Of a stretch of DNA of 64,000 bases, positions 35,422-48,800 are shown piece by piece. The notes beneath the pieces are model-generated. The model ran no database searches, had not been told where the DNA came from, and worked only from the letters and a program-made list of their open reading frames with translations. Every line of letters begins with the position of its first letter. Position 1 is the first letter of the stretch. A program made the translations under genes and the position numbers. Origin of the DNA: Sphagnum compactum (taxonomy: Eukaryota); assembly GCA_965153455.1 (NCBI GenBank), contig OZ234493.1:28200213-28264212 (forward strand). The letters run 5' to 3'.

Positions 35422-38400
35422 TCAAGTTGGCGATGTCTGTGCAGTTGGGCTATTTGAAGAAGGAATATCTGGGGCAGTGCGGCATCCTTCCAGCATTAAA
35501 ACAACCTCAGCTATGGAGGGTCGGTCGGCAGGGTCTGGAGCTGTACACAAGAGAGCAATTTTCACAGCCAATAAGAACTCCTCCCACTCTGATGACTCTG
35601 GGTCCAGATCTAGCAAGGCAGGATCGAAAACCTCTGTTATCTCCCCTAATTGCAACATCCGCTTCACCCACTTCACTATGTCTTCATCCTGCAGATTGAA
35701 AACGGCGGGCCTCCGTCCTGTCAGAAGCTCAAGTAACACAATTCCAAAACTGTACACATCAGCTTCTTGTGTGAGCTCTCCTGAGTCATTTGCTTCAGGT
35801 GAGACATACCCAAGTGACCCTACCGAACTCGATGATGGTGTCGGGTCTCCAGGTGTTGTGGTCAAGGCCATGAGTCCAAAATCAGAGACATGTGGTTCAA
35901 AGTCCGCATCAAAAAGCACATTGTTTGGTTTTACATCTCCATGGACTATAGGTGGGTTGCACTGTGTATGAAGGAATGAGATTCCTCGTGCAATTCCCAG
36001 GGCGATCAAATGCCGCATTGGCCAGTCTAGAACATGGCTGGTCTGTTTTGAAGCTTCTTGAAGTAAGGAAGCAAGGCTACCATTTGGCATGTAATCGTAG
36101 AGTAAGAGCCGCACATCTTGGTTGATGAAGCAACCCCTGAGAACCATTAAGTTGCGGTGCTTGACTTTTGCCAGCATTGCAGCCTCTGCCTTGAAGTTCT
36201 CTTCTCCTATTTGGCCATCAGGTAACCTTCGCACTAAGAGCACAGTTCCATCCTGAAAGTCATATAATGAACATGATGTCATTGGACAAATCTTCAGATC
36301 GTCTATCTATGGCAAGCTGAGAATTTGAACCAAAACAGTAATCAAGAAAATAGGACAACCTATTCTCTACTACACAAAAGCTCAAGTAGATTACAACAAG
36401 TAACTTCAAGGCTTCCACAAGTTGCTCCCATTTTGAGAGGTTTGAAAGAGAAAATTCAACCTACAACATAATAAAAAAACAACACTCTGAAGGATAGTCA
36501 TCAGTGCAGACTTGTTACCAGAAGAGTGGCTTTGAACAAAATGCCAAAGCGTGAACGGCTTATCACATGGTCTTCAGCGAAATGGCCTGTGGCATCATGG
36601 ATATGTGCAATAGTAAGAGCTTCATGAAACATGACAATAAGTGTCGCTGCAACTGCTTTTGCTTTGGCTCGTGCGGTCCCTCTTCTCCGCCAACATACAC
36701 AGATACAAAGACCACAAAGAGATAGGAGTATAATAAGGGCTAGTAGCCCTGCTCCTCCCACAGCAATACCAACAATTGCCCCTGTACTCAACCCACTTGA
36801 GTTATGATGACAAACCTCCTGTGAACCTGTAAGTGGGGTTCCACACAGGAGTGGATTTCCAGCAAATGAAGAAGCATTAAACCTTGTGGCAAGAGCTGTT
36901 GGAATGAGGCCCTGCAAATTGTTGTCAGAGACATTGAAGGTCTGAAGGTTGGTGAGACCACCAAGAGTTCCTGGAATGGAACCGTTGAGCTTGTTATTTG
37001 AGAGATCCAAATTCTGCAACAGTGTCAAATTTCCCAAGCTTGAAGGGATGGTCCCTTGGAAAGCATTCTGTTGCAGAAAAAACTCCCGAAGCTGCTCTAA
37101 CTGTGAGACTTCAACTGGGATTTCTCCCATCAGATTGTTTCTGTCAAGACTAAGATAGGACAGCCTGCTGCAGTTTGCCAGGTCTGGAGGAATGCTGCCA
37201 GAAAGTTGGTTCATGCCAAGGTCAAGTTCTTCAAGGTTGGAGAGTGCACCGAGCTCATTTGGGATCGACCCATTAAGCTGATTGTTCCTCAGCAACAGAA
37301 CTGCAAGATTGAAGTCATTGCTGATTGGCACAGGTATCTGGCCAGAAAGAAGATTGTTGGAGAGAGACAGAGAAGATAACTTTGAGAGGGCACCGAGATC
37401 TGCAGGAATGGTGCCATTGAGGGCATTTCCACTGACAGAGAAAGCTTCCAGGCCAGCAGAAGTAGCAAATCCTACAGGAATTTCACCAATCAGAGAGTTG
37501 TTTGCAAGAGAGAAACTCTGCAGATTGCTGAGTGAGGTGTATGAAGAAGGAATGCTTCCTGTCAAATTCTGGTTGCTGAGATCCATCATTTGCAAACTTA
37601 CACAGTTTCCAAGCTCAACAGGGAGGTTTCCAGACAGTTGGTTCCCACTCAAGTCCAGAAATTGAAGATGCCGGAGAGACCCAAAAGACGAGGGGATGGT
37701 ACCGGACAGTTGATTTCTTTGCAGATTGAGAACTTGCAGCTCATAACAAAGAGAGAGATTTCCGGGAATCTGTCCAGTCAGGTTATTGAGAGCCAAGGAC
37801 AAAACATTGAGTTTGGAAAGTAGTCCAAACTCTGCAGGAACAGATCCAGACAACTGGTTTCTGTCCAAGGAGACAGATGTCAGATTGACCATATCTCCAA
37901 TGCCTGTGGGGATGGAACCTGAGAACTGATTGGAAGAGAGGGAGAGAATCCGAAGAGCCATGAGTTGTGTCAGGTTCAAAGGAATAGATTGGTTGAGGCT
38001 GTTCCCATGCAGGTCCAGGATCTGCAACATCTTCAAACTGAAAATGGATGGAGGAATGCTACCAGAGAGAAGATTTTGCGAGAAATTCAAGCTCTCAATG
38101 TACACAATTTGGGTGCCAAATGTGGATGGAATGGGACCAGAGAAAGAGTTTCCACCCATTGAAACTTCCAGTAAGGAAACCACATTGCCAAGCTGCTCTG
38201 GCAGGGACCCATTGAGTCGATTGTTGTCGAGTCGCAAGATTTGAAGCTCCGCAAGATTGCTGAAGTTCAATTTTATGGTACCTGAGAAACCATTGCCTCC
38301 AAGGTCTAGGGTTTGAAGCTTACTGCAATTGCTGAGGTTTGATGGAAGTGTGCCAGAGAGCTGATTCTGGTTCAATGTTAAGTCCTGAATATTCGACAAG

Positions 38401-39119
38401 CCACTTAGCTCTGATGGCAACTCTCCAGTGAGAAAGTTTTGTTGGAGTGCTAGGGTTGTGAGAAGAGAACAATTTCCCACACTTGGTGGAATGGTACCTG
38501 TGAGGAGATTCCTCGACAGATCAAGGATGCGCAGTCTTTTGAGATTACCAATCTGAACTGGTATGCTTCCTGTGAGACTGTTGGATGCCAGATGTAGAAC
38601 CTCCAGCTGCTGCAGAGCTCCTGATCCAGTGACAATCTCTGCTGGAATGGGACCAGAGAAATCATTCTGATACAAGTAGAGAGCTCGCAGTTGTGAGCAG
38701 TTAGCGAGCGATGGCGGAATAGTACCACTCAAGTGATTTCCTCGAAGACTTAGGATCTGAAGCTGTCCCAGATTCCCCACTGCCTCTGAAAGGTATCCTC
38801 GCAATTCAGCTCCAGGCAGATGAATCGCTGACACACGCGGCTGCTGATCGACATCAGTGCATGTGACACCTCTCCAGCTGCTGCAAAAACTACTCGCATT
38901 CGCCACCGCTGCCGTCGTCGTCGTCGTCCAACTGCTCAATACGCCATGAGAATCGTTCAATGCAGCACGAATCTCCAACAAAGCTGTAATGTCTGTCTGT
39001 GTATTCTGCTGCTGTGCTTCTTGTGCTCCTCCCACGCTCGGGAAGACTAGCAAGCCGCTCACTAGAACAAACACTAGTAGTATTATCAGCGCCGGGAGAT
39101 TGCTGCTCGCCGCCTCCAT
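35422..39119 (-). CDS. LRR receptor-like kinase, At4g36180/MUSTACHES-like type, 1143 aa
   Basis: Exons 39119-36519 and 36252-35422; the GT-AG intron joins FKATLL|DGTVL. Signal peptide, LRRNT (C..WRGVTC), more than 20 plant LRRs (L..L.L..N.LSG.IP), C-cap FAGNPLLCG, TM helix and kinase. The C-terminal LDPESSEWEEFLLAVKIALLCTAPDP.DRP...VV.MLEGCR..PD.PSS..PT...SP is characteristic of At4g36180/At1g75640 as remembered. Confidence 0.96.
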
Positions 39120-40405
39120 AGCAGCCAGACCCTTTCAGCTCTTCTTTTGTTTCTCCATTCTGATCTAGTGTGCGTTACCTCAGCCTGTCTGTGTCTGTCT
39201 TTCGTTGCCAGTTCCTGTTTGTGCAGCTTCTTCTTCTTCTCCTCCTTCTTCCTGCTCCTCCTAGTGTAAATATGCTTGAAACCAGCTTCTGGCAAGTCAT
39301 GTAAATCCTCCTTGCATCCTCACTGGTCAGTGTTCTTCAGCTCGCTTGTCGATCGTCTACAACATGCTTCAAGATCATGTAATATAAAATTAAGCGAATG
39401 CTCCTGCTGCAATCTCTGCTGCAATCATTCCTGAAGATGATGAACTCATGCAACTCAAAACTGGCGAACAATAAGTGGTCGCAGAGCTCTCCTACTGTAA
39501 TTGCTCCTTGCAATTTGCATCTAGTGTCAAATCCTGCACTGGACTACTGACTGCTGCTGCAAACCTGTAGAGAGAAACAAAACATTCCAACAACAACCCG
39601 CTCCAAAGCAGCTCCAACACAAATGGGTGGAGCTTAATCTGCGCAAGCAGCGTCAATGATTCCTTCTGGACGTATCAAACTCTGCAGGCAGTGTCAAGAT
39701 CCGACAACAGGAACTCCGGATTCGAGGATTACTGGCCTTCTGCTTGCATATTCCCAGATTCATCCTTCTCTTTCTCTAGTGAAAATCTATAATCCGATGC
39801 ACTACTACTGCATGCTGTTCCGATGTGTGAACAAGATTCTGAGAAGAAGCAATCCTGCACATAACTTCCAGGTTCTCCATTTACCCAAGTCTCTCACGAC
39901 CAGCAGCTGCAGAATTGACCATGGACAGTGCACTGTCAAACTACAAACATTGTTCAACAACAAACAAGGAAATTTGTTTTTCCCTTCTGCAAGTACTTGT
40001 AGCGAGCTTCCTCCTCCACCTTCTCCTCCTCTTCCTCTTCCATAAACATATTCTCTTCATCATCACATGAATTCTCTAGCTAGTTTGCAACTACACTGCA
40101 GCTAGATAGCCACACTCTCTCCTCTTCCCTTCTCTGGATCCAAAAAAAACTATAAATCTCAGACAGATTCAAACACTGAAAACAAACAAACTTCTCAGTG
40201 AAAGGAAGTGAAGTTTCAGCACAACAATCTCCAAATTCTCATGACAGGCCAAAGTGAGCACCCCATCAAAAAAGGAAAAAATGGATACTCTGAAACACTC
40301 TTGCACACAAACAGTTTCAGCAAAAACTTTGTTCTAGATCACAGAAGCTCACCAAAAAGCTCATCAAAGAAAGCTCTCTGTTTTTTCTTCTCTCTTCCTC
40401 TGGGT

Positions 40406-40434
40406 CTGTGTGTGTGTGTGTCTCTCTCTCTGTG
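40406..40434. repeat. Compound (TG)n(TC)n microsatellite
   Basis: ctgtgtgtgtgtgtgtctctctctctgtg seen directly. Confidence 0.85.
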
Positions 40435-40734
40435 TTTTTTCTTCTCTCTTTCATGTATTTTTCTATAAGTAACAAGTAGCTTTCTGCACAACCACTTTGT
40501 TGTGGAATTCTCAACAACCCTTGGAAGATTGCTCTTGGATAGTAGCATGTGGCCTTCATGTATGAATTATAAATGTCACAATGGACAACATCTGCTAATT
40601 TTATTTTGGGTATCCGTATGGTAGCAATCTCTTGATTAGTAAAAAGATTGGATGGGTTGTTGGAAACTTCTTGTTTTTCAAAGTCTTAAGCCCTCTTGTT
40701 CTTCTGTACTGGAAGAAATTGTTTGTTTTAAGTA

Positions 40735-42452
40735 TTAGTAGAGTTATTGGTAAAGTCACCCTGTCTTTGGGCTTCCTTTCACCCCCTGTCCCCTCTTTCT
40801 GCAAAGTAATGAAATTTGATTAAATCTCAGTTTGAGACTAATTATAGTGATGAATGATGAAACCCTGTTTGGGTCTCCTTTCACCCCCTGTCCCCTATTT
40901 CTGCAAAGTAATGAAATTTGATTAAATCTCAGTTTGAGACTAATTATAGTGATGAATGATGAAACCCTGCCAAACTTTATAAAAAGAAAGCACCCAAGAA
41001 AGGGGGAGAAAAAGAAACAACGTGTGCAAGGACCAGTGTCCATTCAGGCAAAAGAGCCCTAAAGAGGTGAGCCACACGGAGGAAAGGGAACCACTAAGTA
41101 CCCAAACCTCCACCAGTGGCATGAAGCTTATCAACTAAAGAAAAGGGAGGTAGACCTGATAATTATAGTAGTTGTACAGGTAGCAGTAGTGGAGAGGCGC
41201 TCAGGAAAAAGGAAAGACAGGATGAAACTTAGTTTATCATCAAAATTGGTGGAAAGAACTAGTTTGGGTCCCAATTCTTTGGTTATGTAAAATTTTCATT
41301 CCTAGCTATAGATTTATGTTTGATGCCCTATTATGTTGAAACTGGCCATTCTCGCCCCTAATCATCTGACTTTAAGGATAACATTTTTATGTCACCATTT
41401 CTTAAAAATCAAACTTGATGTTAGATAATTGTTGGTTCAAATGTTAACATTCTAACAGTGACAATTTGTGTTCCAAGCTCCAGTTGAAAACTCTAACTTA
41501 GAATAGGTTTGTTGAACTGGCAGCGTGAGTGTACTTATATCTCTTTCTGGCTACTTAAGTCCCATTGTCCAGAGGGGGCCGGGTGTTGGTTGATTATATC
41601 CATTAGCTGTCCTTTCACCCACCAAAAAAGAAACTGGAAAAGCAGCTTGGCATGCAGAAAAGTGAAACATGCTGAGGTAGGGTCATGAAAGGGACATGAA
41701 AGTGGAGATACATGGCATAATACAAAACATGAAGGGGCCATGGGCTGGGAGTTGTGTGACAAGTGCACATGATAACCAACATGCACTCCGTGCAAAGGGG
41801 ATGCATATGTTCAGGTAGCTTTACAATTGTAAAATTTCAGTTTTAGTGGAAATGAGTTTTCTGAACTTCTCAATTCCGAATATTACATTAAAACCTCATT
41901 CTACTATACACCTTGTGATGGCATGGCATGGTTACGGAAACTGGCACTGCTTTATAGTGTTATAGTTGTCTTTGGGAAAGGCATCTATTTGAACGAGGAC
42001 CAGAGTGAACCAATAGCCACGAGTCCATCCTGAGGGAATGGATGGTGGGTGGATAATTCTGTTGTGTCTGTATTTTTACACAATAGAAAGGCAAATGCCT
42101 ATCATTCTCAGTTGCAGCCTTGTAAGAGGTTAGTGACTTTTGATTTTACAAACCAGTATTTGGCAATCAAGTATACTCCTAATTAAACCCATCAAATTTT
42201 GTGATAAACTGAGTTTCATCCTGTCCTTCGTTTTTCCTGAGCGCCTCCACTGCTGCTACATATATTTTCACTGCTCCTACCTGTAGGACTACTATAATTA
42301 CTCTTGAACCTTGTGCATTACATGTTCAGCATTACATACTGAGATATAATAAGATTTCCTTGCTTTGTGGATACCACTACGACTGAAAGAGGGGATAGGG
42401 GGGTGAAAGGAGGCTCAAAGACAGGGTGAAGACTTTACAGATAACTCTAATG
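40735..42452. repeat. Long interrupted inverted repeat (A..B..B'..A')
   Basis: 40735-40800 is approximately the reverse complement of 42385-42452, and 41160-41252 is approximately the reverse complement of 42188-42300. Confidence 0.85.
40758..40968. repeat. ~103-bp direct tandem duplication
   Basis: accctg...tcctttcaccccctgtcccct(c/a)tttctgcaaagtaatgaaatttgattaaatctcagtttgagactaattatagtgatgaatgatgaa occurs twice, nearly identical. Confidence 0.92.
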
Positions 42453-42704
42453 GCTGTCAAAGTTTGAACTGTGAACATTACCTATTAATGCCCAAAAGAA
42501 TGATGTCAACACATCAACAGTAAGGTATATGAACTTTTTGGTATTCTTTGAAGTTTTAAAGGGTGCATAGTACATGAAAGTGTCATGATTGAGCACTTTT
42601 GACTTGTGCATCAACACCAAAAACCATGGACCTTGGGATGATTACCAAAATTACAAATGTAGCTTAACTTTACATGCACTATAAAGGAACCTAGAAGACA
42701 TTTA

Positions 42705-43040
42705 GGGCGAGTTTAGATGAGGGTCTTCAAGGTCCAGGGACCAATGAATTCAAGCAATCTTATTGGTCGAAAGCTTTAAATTGGTCCGAAGACCTTTAGA
42801 TGAGAGGGTCCAAGACCAAAAAGTGGCAAATTGAGGCTAAACCTACATGGCACCTGTTTTTGAGGGAAAATCACTTGGTTTGGACCAAAATGCAGTTCTA
42901 CAAGGAGCGCTCCTGATTTGGAGAACCAAGAATCAGGCTAGGGACCAAGGTAGAGTCCAATTCAAGGATTCAATTTGCTTCAAATCAGTCCAAATTGGTT
43001 CCTAGGAAATTGGACCCTGGACCCTGGTCTAAAATGGGCC
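42705..43040. mobile_element. Tourist-like (PIF/Harbinger) MITE, 336 bp
   Basis: The left end GGGCGAGTTTAGATGAGGGT matches the reverse complement of the right end, GGCCCATTTTAGACCAGGGT, at 15/20. TTA flanks both sides (42702-42704, 43041-43043). Internal ggtcc/ggacc subterminal motifs are present. Confidence 0.75.
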
Positions 43041-43470
43041 TTAGTTTGCCTACAAGGCTCACAACTTCATTTCAGAGCTGGTCAAAGATGCAACCATCTT
43101 AGTGGGGAGCACTGCAGATGAAAATCCTCCCTTAAGGTTTGATTCTAGGTAACCTACTCACATGGTTTAAGTTGGTTGAATGATATACAATTGAACTGTG
43201 CTCATCATCCCCAGGCCAAATATTTGGGCCCGGGTGAACCAGCACTCACAAGTGCACCAGTTGACTGTTCTGTCCACTGGATGGGGTGGGATTTTTCATC
43301 TTGTTCCTGAACATAGAATAATCGCCATGGTATTTCTCATGGTCGAACTTTTTGGTGCTGACCTTTTACTTAGTTTTCTTTGAGGGTTCTATCCGAGTGT
43401 GTTCGAGAGTGGAACAGGTTGTTCTCATTGTCGATTTCACATTCAAAGTGAAACTACTCAAACCCTAATA

Positions 43471-43554
43471 TTAGTATACTCATTATAGTATATACCCTAA
43501 TGTTATCATGCAATTTACATTCAATAGTTCAGTGAACTATAATGAGTATACTAA
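43471..43554. repeat. Hairpin with perfect 19-bp stem
   Basis: ttagtatactcattatagt (43471-43489) pairs with actataatgagtatactaa (43536-43554) around a 46-nt loop. Confidence 0.9.
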
Positions 43555-44796
43555 CATATGAGTATACTAACATGGCCTTCATCTGGTGAATTAAAATTAA
43601 GAACTATTATCAACGCCTCAAGGGAAGACATAAAATCAGCAATGGGTCCTTATTGGAAACAGTATAAAACTACTGCCAGCATCACAAAAGATGGATAATG
43701 CCCACACACATTTTGATACTGCTAATTACACAGTTTGAGTGTCGTGAGTCCTGTTGTTATGCACATCTTCGATTTATAATGCCGAAATGTGTCCTTCCGA
43801 CCCCCTCTAGACACATCTTGGACATACAAATGGGCAGTCAACAAAAAAAGAAGCAAGCAGTGCTTTTGTATTGCCTACAATAAGGACCCATTTTGTCCAT
43901 TTTTTGGGTCTTCAGAACCACATAAGCAATGGACAACTAAACATCCCTAATAAGCACTGTCTAGCATAAAAAAAAATGGTTATAGCGCTTAACTCTGTGG
44001 CAGGGTTTGATGTTTCGAGCTTGCAGCAGATGTTAAATAAATAAAAATTACTCTTTTTTAGTGTTTGAATGCATGCTATTAGTTGGTATTTGCTTTTTCA
44101 TGAGGAAGGTGTTGAGTTTGATATATTTGGCCTGGGACAACAAAACATGTAAAATACATTAAATAATTTCTTTTAACACAAAAACATGGAGAACATGAAA
44201 AATCACATAACATGGTTCAACACAAAACTACACATGACACAAAAAAAGACAAAGCTTAAAAGTGTGCCAAGCAGAGTTCACTAGAGCATATTTAGTGTCT
44301 CACATAAGCTCCTAGCTTCATGTTCATTATTAACAAAAGTAGACTATGGAATAGCAAGACTTCTATTGAATGTAAATGTGAACAAGATAAATTATGATGT
44401 TCTAACTTTTGCTAGCCATAATTTTTAGCACTCCGTGAAAACAATGTTCTTTCCCATATAGAAGTCAGTCACAATTTCACAAGGATTTGTATGTTAACCC
44501 CACAATCCATAACACTCATGCCAACAACTTCAAATTCATTTACACATTCATATTCATCTCCGATTTTGATCATAGGACACAAAAATTACATGCATCCTCA
44601 AAATTCCTCTCCATCTTCATTGCTTTGTGTCTTAAGAACCTATAAAAGAACTTGGGAAAAAATAGTGAAATATTTACATATACATATTGTTATTCTAAAA
44701 AATGATTGGGATAAAAAGGTTGGGACTTGGGAGTGACGATACATTTGACTTGATTGAAAAATCCAAAGAAACAATCAACCAAATGGTTTTTTTTTT

Positions 44797-44862
44797 CTCA
44801 ATTTTGTGATGCAGCCAAAGTGGCAATCATCCATCAAAAGATTTAGCCAAATTTGGTTATAA
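44797..44862 (+). repeat. Dispersed short repeat family (AATTTTGTGATGTAGCCAAAGTG...TTTAGCCAAATTTGG), three diverged copies in the window
   Basis: Related copies lie at about 46298-46350 (+) and 33852-33896 (-). Confidence 0.6.
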
Positions 44863-45705
44863 ATAGATATAGAAATAAAAAAGTTTCACGATCCTTCTAT
44901 ATTGTTTGAATACCTATATACTAGAAACTAATTATAAACCCTAGAAAATTGTTCATTTTTACATTTTTTATTTTTCAAATTCACCGATGGAAAAAAACTC
45001 AACACCGAAAAAAAAATTCAATACATCATATAAGTGTACAATTGCCTCAATCTCACATGTTGTACAATTGGACTAAGGTGACATCTAGCTATGACAAAGA
45101 GATCTCCACATCAAACTTTGGACTTTTTGTGTAGGGAAAAACATGTAATGGGAAATCCCCATGACAAGGGGCTTGGGATGAAGTGATAAATTACAAGATG
45201 TTATACTCCCCCAAATCCAACTTCATGAGGCTTGTCATTTTGTGCCTTGCATGGTTTTGCATAGAACCATGTAACTCATTCATGTTTTGATGTTTTGCAC
45301 AAAACGAAAGAATTGATATGTTTCCAATTCTCAGTGAGATTCGAATTGACCATCGTAAGAAAGTAAAGATCTAATTATTTTCACTAGTTTACTTCCTACT
45401 ACTTGAAATTTTAGTATTTATTTTTCACTTTTCAAGTTATAAGTCAAAACCACATAGTGCATTGTGTTCCTTTTTCTACCCCTTGCCCTCCAAAAGTTCG
45501 ATGGGGGTGTTCAACAAAATTTGTGGTACTTAAATCTAGCCCCCACTCATGTCATATGGATCATCCATAGTAAAACCCATAATGGGTTGATACTATTGTC
45601 AACTTAAACATACTTAGATCTCGAAACATAAGAAGGGGAGTGTGTCTTCGGTTCTTAGCCTTTTCCTTATAAATTTAGCTTGGGAACAAGCCTCTTCCTT
45701 CAACA

Positions 45706-45849
45706 AACTCACCATGTATTGGAACACTATAACTCTATCATTTGTGTGTAGAACTCTAAATATACAAGTGTTTTTAACTCACCATGTATTGGAACACTAT
45801 AACTCTATCATTTGTGTGTAGAACTCTAAATATACAAGTGTTTTTAACT
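45706..45849. repeat. Perfect 70-bp direct tandem duplication
   Basis: aactcaccatgtattggaacactataactctatcatttgtgtgtagaactctaaatatacaagtgttttt appears twice, plus a terminal aact. Confidence 0.97.
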
Positions 45850-48800
45850 TAGCTATTTAGCTGCCACCAATGCCACTTGTCAAAAAATTCTCAAAGAAAA
45901 GACTACAACCAACCATTGGTTTTGGTGGTCTCTAGTGCCTTATGGGAGACATTAAATGGCCCCCAACAAACACTATCCAACACATTTTGCACCCTTTTTG
46001 CATCTTATATGGTTCTACATAGAATTGTATAGTGTGATTTTACTTATTTTGCAAAAATATTTTTAGCTTTTTGTTTTATATGTTCAATTGTCCTACACCA
46101 ATTTTGAACCCAACAACCTTTCAAGATAAAGTGAGCATACCATCCATCATCATAGATTTTGGCTTTGAACATCATGAGTGCTATTTTGATTTAACACTAT
46201 CATGCAAATTTTGTTGTGACAACTTGTCGAGTGGATGTTTTGAGTGTGTATGATTTGCATATGCACCCATTTTTGGCTCCATTGGTTTAATTCTTTCCAA
46301 TTTTGTGGTGTAACCAAAGTGATATATAAAGAATTTGGCCATAAATTAGATATGAAATTTTAAGTAATTTAGAAATTATTTTTAATGTAACTATTTTTAT
46401 TTTTTTCTTCCAAAATCTAGCAATTTTGGGCAATTTTTTCATTAAAATTTCTTTGAACAGATCAAAATCTTTTACCTTAGTAAAATTGCCACAAAAGAAC
46501 CATGGCTTTAAAAAGAGATTCTTCTTCTTAAGCCAATAGGATTAAGTAATTGAAATTTAACATATATGAAATTGAAAATGCTTTAACTTTAGGATGTTGC
46601 TAAAATGGGGTATAAATAGAACAATGTAAATGATCATGTAAACCACATTGTAGAACTTTGTAAGTAAACATCCCAGTTTATATATTTACATTTCTTGTTA
46701 AGTATATTTTGGGGTTTACACTTGCATGACATGCATTTTATTTTTTTTGAAACACACTTACATGATTTAGTGTATATGTTTTTTGATTGTGTAAAGTTGT
46801 GTAAGTGTAAATTACAATTCAATACTCTCACTTTTATGATGAACCAAAAATCTTAATCTTCAAGGACATCAAAAGGTGCAATATTTTCATTTTGTTACAA
46901 TTTTTTTTTCCTTTTGTGACAACATGAATGAATGAATGAATGAACACAATACCTTTAGCATAAGCATACTACATTTCTCATTTTAAATCTTCTCCATAGG
47001 ATTCAAGATGACAACCTTGGAAGTGAAATTGTCAACCAAAAAAATGAAATAAAGTTGAGGAGGTAATAAGTAAGAAAAATAATAATGTCAGTATGGAGGA
47101 ATGCTTTTAATTGTGGTTTTGTGAGCTTCTCCCAAGTTATTCCCATTTGCTTTGCTTGTGTTTCTTTTATTGGTATAGCTATTGATATTGTGGTCATCGT
47201 GCAACTCATGGCATTACTATGAGCTCCAAAAATGACATGTTTGAAATGAACTCCTTACCCCTTTTGTCATTCTGTGCCTTTTTTTATGGTCATCCTATAA
47301 TTGCTTTTCATTGTCATTTTGTATAACAATGTTTAGGGTGGGTTCTCCCCATATTGTTTGCCTTCGTTCACTTTTTTTAAACGTTTAAATTTACATCATA
47401 ACCATCTTGCAATTCCTAACATTGTTGCAACTTTGTTAGCAACCTCTTTAAAGGGAATTCCACCCCTTTGTCATTTTACACATGATTAGTCACACGGACT
47501 TGAATAATATTATTTTTGTTGTTACAAAAATCATAATCATTAATGATAATGGGAGGTGCAATATTATCATTTTTTTCAAATGATAATCTTCCTTGGTAGT
47601 GAGGGGTGCAATATCCCTTTATTCTTATATATTTTAATTATTTATGATAAAATACTCACCATACCCATAGCACATGCATTTCCTTTCTCTACTTTCTCTC
47701 CAAAAAATGTATAAGAATTTCATTATTGTTTATAAGTTGTGTATTTTACAATGATTAATGTGAAAAAAATTATGATTCATGTTTTGATTTTATGTATAAA
47801 GGTATAGCAAATGGGCAAAGGTATTTAAATTTGGAGGCTTTAGGCCCATCATCAAGTGAAGAAAACAAGTTTAATTTGTTAAATGAAGAACTTTTTCTTA
47901 TTTCCTTACTCTCAAATCTTCCTACATTTGAGGTTGCCCAAGCTTCTTTAGTCATAAATATTAATATAGATACCAAAATACAAGTCATTCCTTAAATTGC
48001 AATGGCAAATATTGTAAACATTAAACATTAAATTGTAGACATTTTAAAAATTGAAGTCAATTTACAACAAAGTGAAGGTATTATAAAATATTTGTCATCA
48101 TTGAAATATTTGTCATATTTGAGTTAACATATTCTTAATCTTTATGACAATATAGAGAGTATCTCAAATGCAAGTATTACTCAATAGTGCAACATTTGCA
48201 TTCAAGATATTCCCTAAATTGATAAGGGGCTAAGAGCTACCTTAATTCAAATATGACACGTACCTTCATTTTGTTAGAAACCCACACATAATTGTAAATT
48301 TAAGGTTACTTGTTAAAAGTTATGGTGAAATACCATTTTTTTGGCAATTACCTTGTTTGATTGCATCAAATGGCTTTACATGGTTATACACTTGCAGTTA
48401 CACATCCCATGTTATACTATTTCACTTACCTAACCAATATATTACAAACCATATAGAGAAAAAAATGGAATTCCCAACATGTTTGTTGTGCAAGTTTTTG
48501 CCAAAAGGCTCCTGGAAATTAAGGCCTATGAAAGGGATACTTCATGGATTCATTTTTGGAAAAGGGTTAGAAAAAATGATGGCATTGCCAAATTCTTACG
48601 AATTGTTGATGTGAAATTGCAAGCACCCTTCCATCATCAAATAACAAGGAGCCACTCCATTGTAAATTTGTGAGGATGTAGGAGCTGAATCCTTCCCTCC
48701 CATCTCCTTCATTTGCCTTTAAACTTCAATTCCCCGCTTCCACTTACAAGATTTTGCATTATTTTGCAAACTCCTTTTAATGGTTCATTATAGAATTTGC

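Noticed and set aside
35427..38244. Several plus-strand ORFs (up to 164 aa) overlapping the LRR-RLK
   Set aside because: Antisense shadows of the real coding frame. The same applies to 18757..19107 opposite PP2A B'.
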